From positions 5,675 to 69,674 of the forward strand of contig CAZGGJ010000004.1 in the NCBI GenBank assembly GCA_964525315.1: DNA of 64,000 bases, written 5' to 3'. How positions within the stretch are numbered: the stretch's first letter is position 1; the number at the start of each line of letters is the position of its first letter. Under the pieces are notes generated by a model. The model ran no database searches, had not been told where the DNA came from, and saw only the letters and a list, made by a program, of their open reading frames with translations. Positions 61,560 to 64,000 of this stretch are shown here, one piece after another. Origin of the DNA: an uncultured Candidatus Saccharibacteria bacterium (GTDB taxonomy: Bacteria; Patescibacteriota; Saccharimonadia; Saccharimonadales; Saccharimonadaceae). A program made the position numbers and the translations under genes.

Positions 61560-64000
61560 ATGCCGCATGTGGAGAGTTTGAAGCCATCGCAGCCTGCCGA
61601 GCGGCCTTCGCTTGAGGCTATACAGGCGATGATAGAGTCGCCAAGTGAGCTTGCCTTGCAGCGTATCGAGTGGTTGGGGGTAGACCATACGGTGTATGTG
61701 GGCGATACGAAGCGGCTAGGGCTTTCACCCATGCAGTATTTTCTGAATGGGTACTCATTGGACCATGATTCTCTAGGGTTTTATGATGAAGTCGTCGAGG
61801 CTTTGCATGGGAACGAGGAGCAGTTCAATGCACTACTTAGAGGTGCCGTGGACCGAACGCCTTCGCTCTTGGTAAGGCACCCGAGGATTTTTGAGCCTCT
61901 CTACAACCAAGAGGAGATACGCCACCTCCATAGAGTAGTCGGAAATAAGCAGGGTGTCTTGTACGAGCACTTCAACAACTTGATTGCTTGCTGTAGCGAT
62001 GAGGAGAGGTTGAGTGTTGCGAATAAGCACGCTTTGCAGGCTGGCAACATACCCTTCAATCCTGCTGTTACTATCCTGGCTTATACGACTGAACTCAGTG
62101 TCTCTGAGAAGCGGCGGGCACTCAAGAGGGCAATAACTGGAAAGCATGCATTTAATCAATCACCTCTTAGCTATTACGGTGCTGGTTATGACGGTAAGGT
62201 TGCTCAAGTGGATGTAGCAGTGGCGATTGATAGCGCCAAAAAGTTAATTACACAAGGAATTGTCGATCCTACGGAGCTGTGCGATACGCTTAACTTGCTA
62301 TTAGGAGAGCTACGGCCCAAAAACCTACGTGCATTGGAAGCTAAGCTGGTACTGACTGCAGCTGAGGTGCTGCCGAGCGATTCTGAGGGCCCTTCCTGTG
62401 TAGTCAGTATGGGGCGAACCTTTATACAGAAGTCATTGGAATATGAATCTAATAGTTTCGATGCATTTCGTCTGGTTGTTTCAGGGTTATTTCCACATGA
62501 TGAGGCGAGTGCCATCATCAAGGCCCATGACGAAGCAAAAGGAACATCTATCCAGCAAGAGTTTGAGACGAGGGTACGGTGTTTCCAGGATAAGGAGCCT
62601 TTCAACCATGAACTCTACAAAAGGAGCGAGCACAAAGACACCGACCTGGTCAAAAGGTGGCACCAAGCGTATGTCGTAGAACGGCAAAGTTGGGAGGGGC
62701 TCGATACCGGTGATATGCTACGACGCTTGCTTCCCTACACAGGGTCTGAGAAGGCTCTGGTTCGTGATATTATAGAGTGCTGGCATGCATCACATCCCTT
62801 GTCAATGTGGCAAGACGATGTTTTTGATAAATACGAAAAACTCTTCGATGATGAGCCGAATCGCCTGCGAGCGATTATTGAGAAGAATATCGATACCGAA
62901 AAACAGCTTAAGTTTGCGTTGCAGTGCTGGCGACCGGTGGCGGATTTTATGGACTTCTCCAAGGACAAGATGCGAGAGCTTGCCCTTGCTCGAGTGACCG
63001 AGGATAGTATGTACAATGCGCGTATCTGGCTTGGCCAGATACTTGACGCGGATGAGCCGCTCCTTACAAAGTATGAGTGTCTAGATGTGCTGCTGGAAAA
63101 GATGCAAAAAGATGAGATCGATAGCACTACCGCCTTTGGTGTGAAGCACTTTGCTGAACAGCACCTGGGGCGGGACCTCACCGAGCAATACTTATTTCCG
63201 CTTTTTGGAGAATTGCCCGAGCTTGAAGCTGCATTTGGGTATACGCCGCATATCGCACGCCAAAGACTTAATCAGGATGACATGTATGAAATCTACAGAA
63301 ATAGCTTTTCGCTGAACGCACTGGCTGAATATCTCACCGACACAGAGACGGAGCAGTTTGTCGCAAAAATACTTGAGCTGCCTCCGGAGTTGGTTGCCGA
63401 TGCTATATACACCATATGGGATGACCTTTCTGGCGCACAGAAAGAGCAGGCCGTCGGTAGTATCCTGCGCAACCCTGCGCTCGCTGACCTTACATTTTCG
63501 GGTGTGGACATGAAGCTTGTTCACGAGGCTATGAGCCTAGATTTAGAAGACGGACAGAGGCTGGCCATACTTGAGCAAGGACCGTCTATAGATTTGCTGG
63601 AACGCTATGCGCCAAAGGCCTTTGCGACCTATCGCCGTAGACTGGCGTCTAAGGATGCTCGTGTCGCTACCGCACGGGACATTTATGCGAGTCCAGATGC
63701 TAGTCCTGAGATAAGGGCAGCTGCACATCGTTTGATAGACGCTCACTATGCTCGCTTGGAGCAAGGTGGGACTGATGGCGAGGGCAGACGGCGTGATATC
63801 CTGACGCATTATGCATACTACTACGACCTATGTATTCGGCTCGAAGCCTTTATGGGTGCAGCGACCATTCCCGCGCACATTAGAGGGAAAAACGAACCCA
63901 AAAACGAACTCCGCTCACTTGAGCTCTTCACGCTGCTGCACGAAGCAGGAGGCGTGGCCAACCTGTCGGATATCGACGGTATGAGTAAGGCAGAGCTGGA
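61560..64000 (+). CDS. large hypothetical protein, 3' truncated by the window end; absent from the supplied ORF track
   Basis: I translated this frame codon by codon from ATG 61560 (MPHVESLKPSQPAERPSLEAIQAM...) to nt 64000 and found no stop in 813 codons. GGAAGG lies 8 nt upstream. The listed minus-strand ORFs in this span (61833..62159, 62204..62605, 62735..63181, 63192..63524) are short and low in complexity by comparison. Confidence 0.7.
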   Translation, partial: MPHVESLKPSQPAERPSLEAIQAMIESPSELALQRIEWLGVDHTVYVGDTKRLGLSPMQYFLNGYSLDHDSLGFYDEVVEALHGNEEQFNALLRGAVDRTPSLLVRHPRIFEPLYNQEEIRHLHRVVGNKQGVLYEHFNNLIACCSDEERLSVANKHALQAGNIPFNPAVTILAYTTELSVSEKRRALKRAITGKHAFNQSPLSYYGAGYDGKVAQVDVAVAIDSAKKLITQGIVDPTELCDTLNLLLGELRPKNLRALEAKLVLTAAEVLPSDSEGPSCVVSMGRTFIQKSLEYESNSFDAFRLVVSGLFPHDEASAIIKAHDEAKGTSIQQEFETRVRCFQDKEPFNHELYKRSEHKDTDLVKRWHQAYVVERQSWEGLDTGDMLRRLLPYTGSEKALVRDIIECWHASHPLSMWQDDVFDKYEKLFDDEPNRLRAIIEKNIDTEKQLKFALQCWRPVADFMDFSKDKMRELALARVTEDSMYNARIWLGQILDADEPLLTKYECLDVLLEKMQKDEIDSTTAFGVKHFAEQHLGRDLTEQYLFPLFGELPELEAAFGYTPHIARQRLNQDDMYEIYRNSFSLNALAEYLTDTETEQFVAKILELPPELVADAIYTIWDDLSGAQKEQAVGSILRNPALADLTFSGVDMKLVHEAMSLDLEDGQRLAILEQGPSIDLLERYAPKAFATYRRRLASKDARVATARDIYASPDASPEIRAAAHRLIDAHYARLEQGGTDGEGRRRDILTHYAYYYDLCIRLEAFMGAATIPAHIRGKNEPKNELRSLELFTLLHEAGGVANLSDIDGMSKAEL

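Overview
All family calls below come from reading motifs by eye. No BLAST or HMM search was possible, so they are hypotheses.

The window looks like bacterial chromosome from a monoderm-like or Patescibacteria-like lineage, but that is only a guess. The cues are GGAGG ribosome-binding sites, extended -10 and leaderless promoters, a type IV pilin and a WxL-like surface cluster. I recognised no rRNA, tRNA, CRISPR array, transposase, integrase or phage virion gene.

**Surface-protein island (nt 1 to about 46,360).** All but one gene is on the + strand. The island has five groups of genes:
- Five collagen-like (Gly-X-Y) fibre proteins share the N-terminus MPRLP(H/Q)PGGD.GNWG.ILN.YL.
- At least 11 right-handed beta-helix (pectate-lyase or tailspike-like) proteins are present, some fused to PKD-like, SGNH or lectin-like domains.
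- Two BNR/Asp-box propeller proteins are present.
- Enzyme domains include GH5-like, GH16-like and glycerophosphodiesterase (GDPD).
- A cohesin/dockerin trio is present.

**Two unusual features of the island.**
1. Seven promoters carry a G10-G12 homopolymer inside the -35/-10 spacer. Each heads a gene string, which makes them candidate slipped-strand phase-variation switches.
2. About 15 of the encoded proteins lack a Sec or Tat signal. They instead begin with a short conserved basic tag, M-[SA]-I-[SA]-A-R-R-[LMF]-x-R. The tag is conserved at the protein level, not the DNA level.

**Downstream of the island.**
- Nt 46,460-49,545 holds a secreted beta-propeller protein and a membrane-anchored beta-helical protein.
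- Nt 49,610-58,035 holds a seven-gene cluster resembling Gram-positive WxL/DUF916 cell-surface complex loci.
- Next come a type IV pilin gene and an ABC-2 transporter pair.
- A long ORF runs from 61,560 past the window end (over 813 codons). It is missing from the supplied ORF track.
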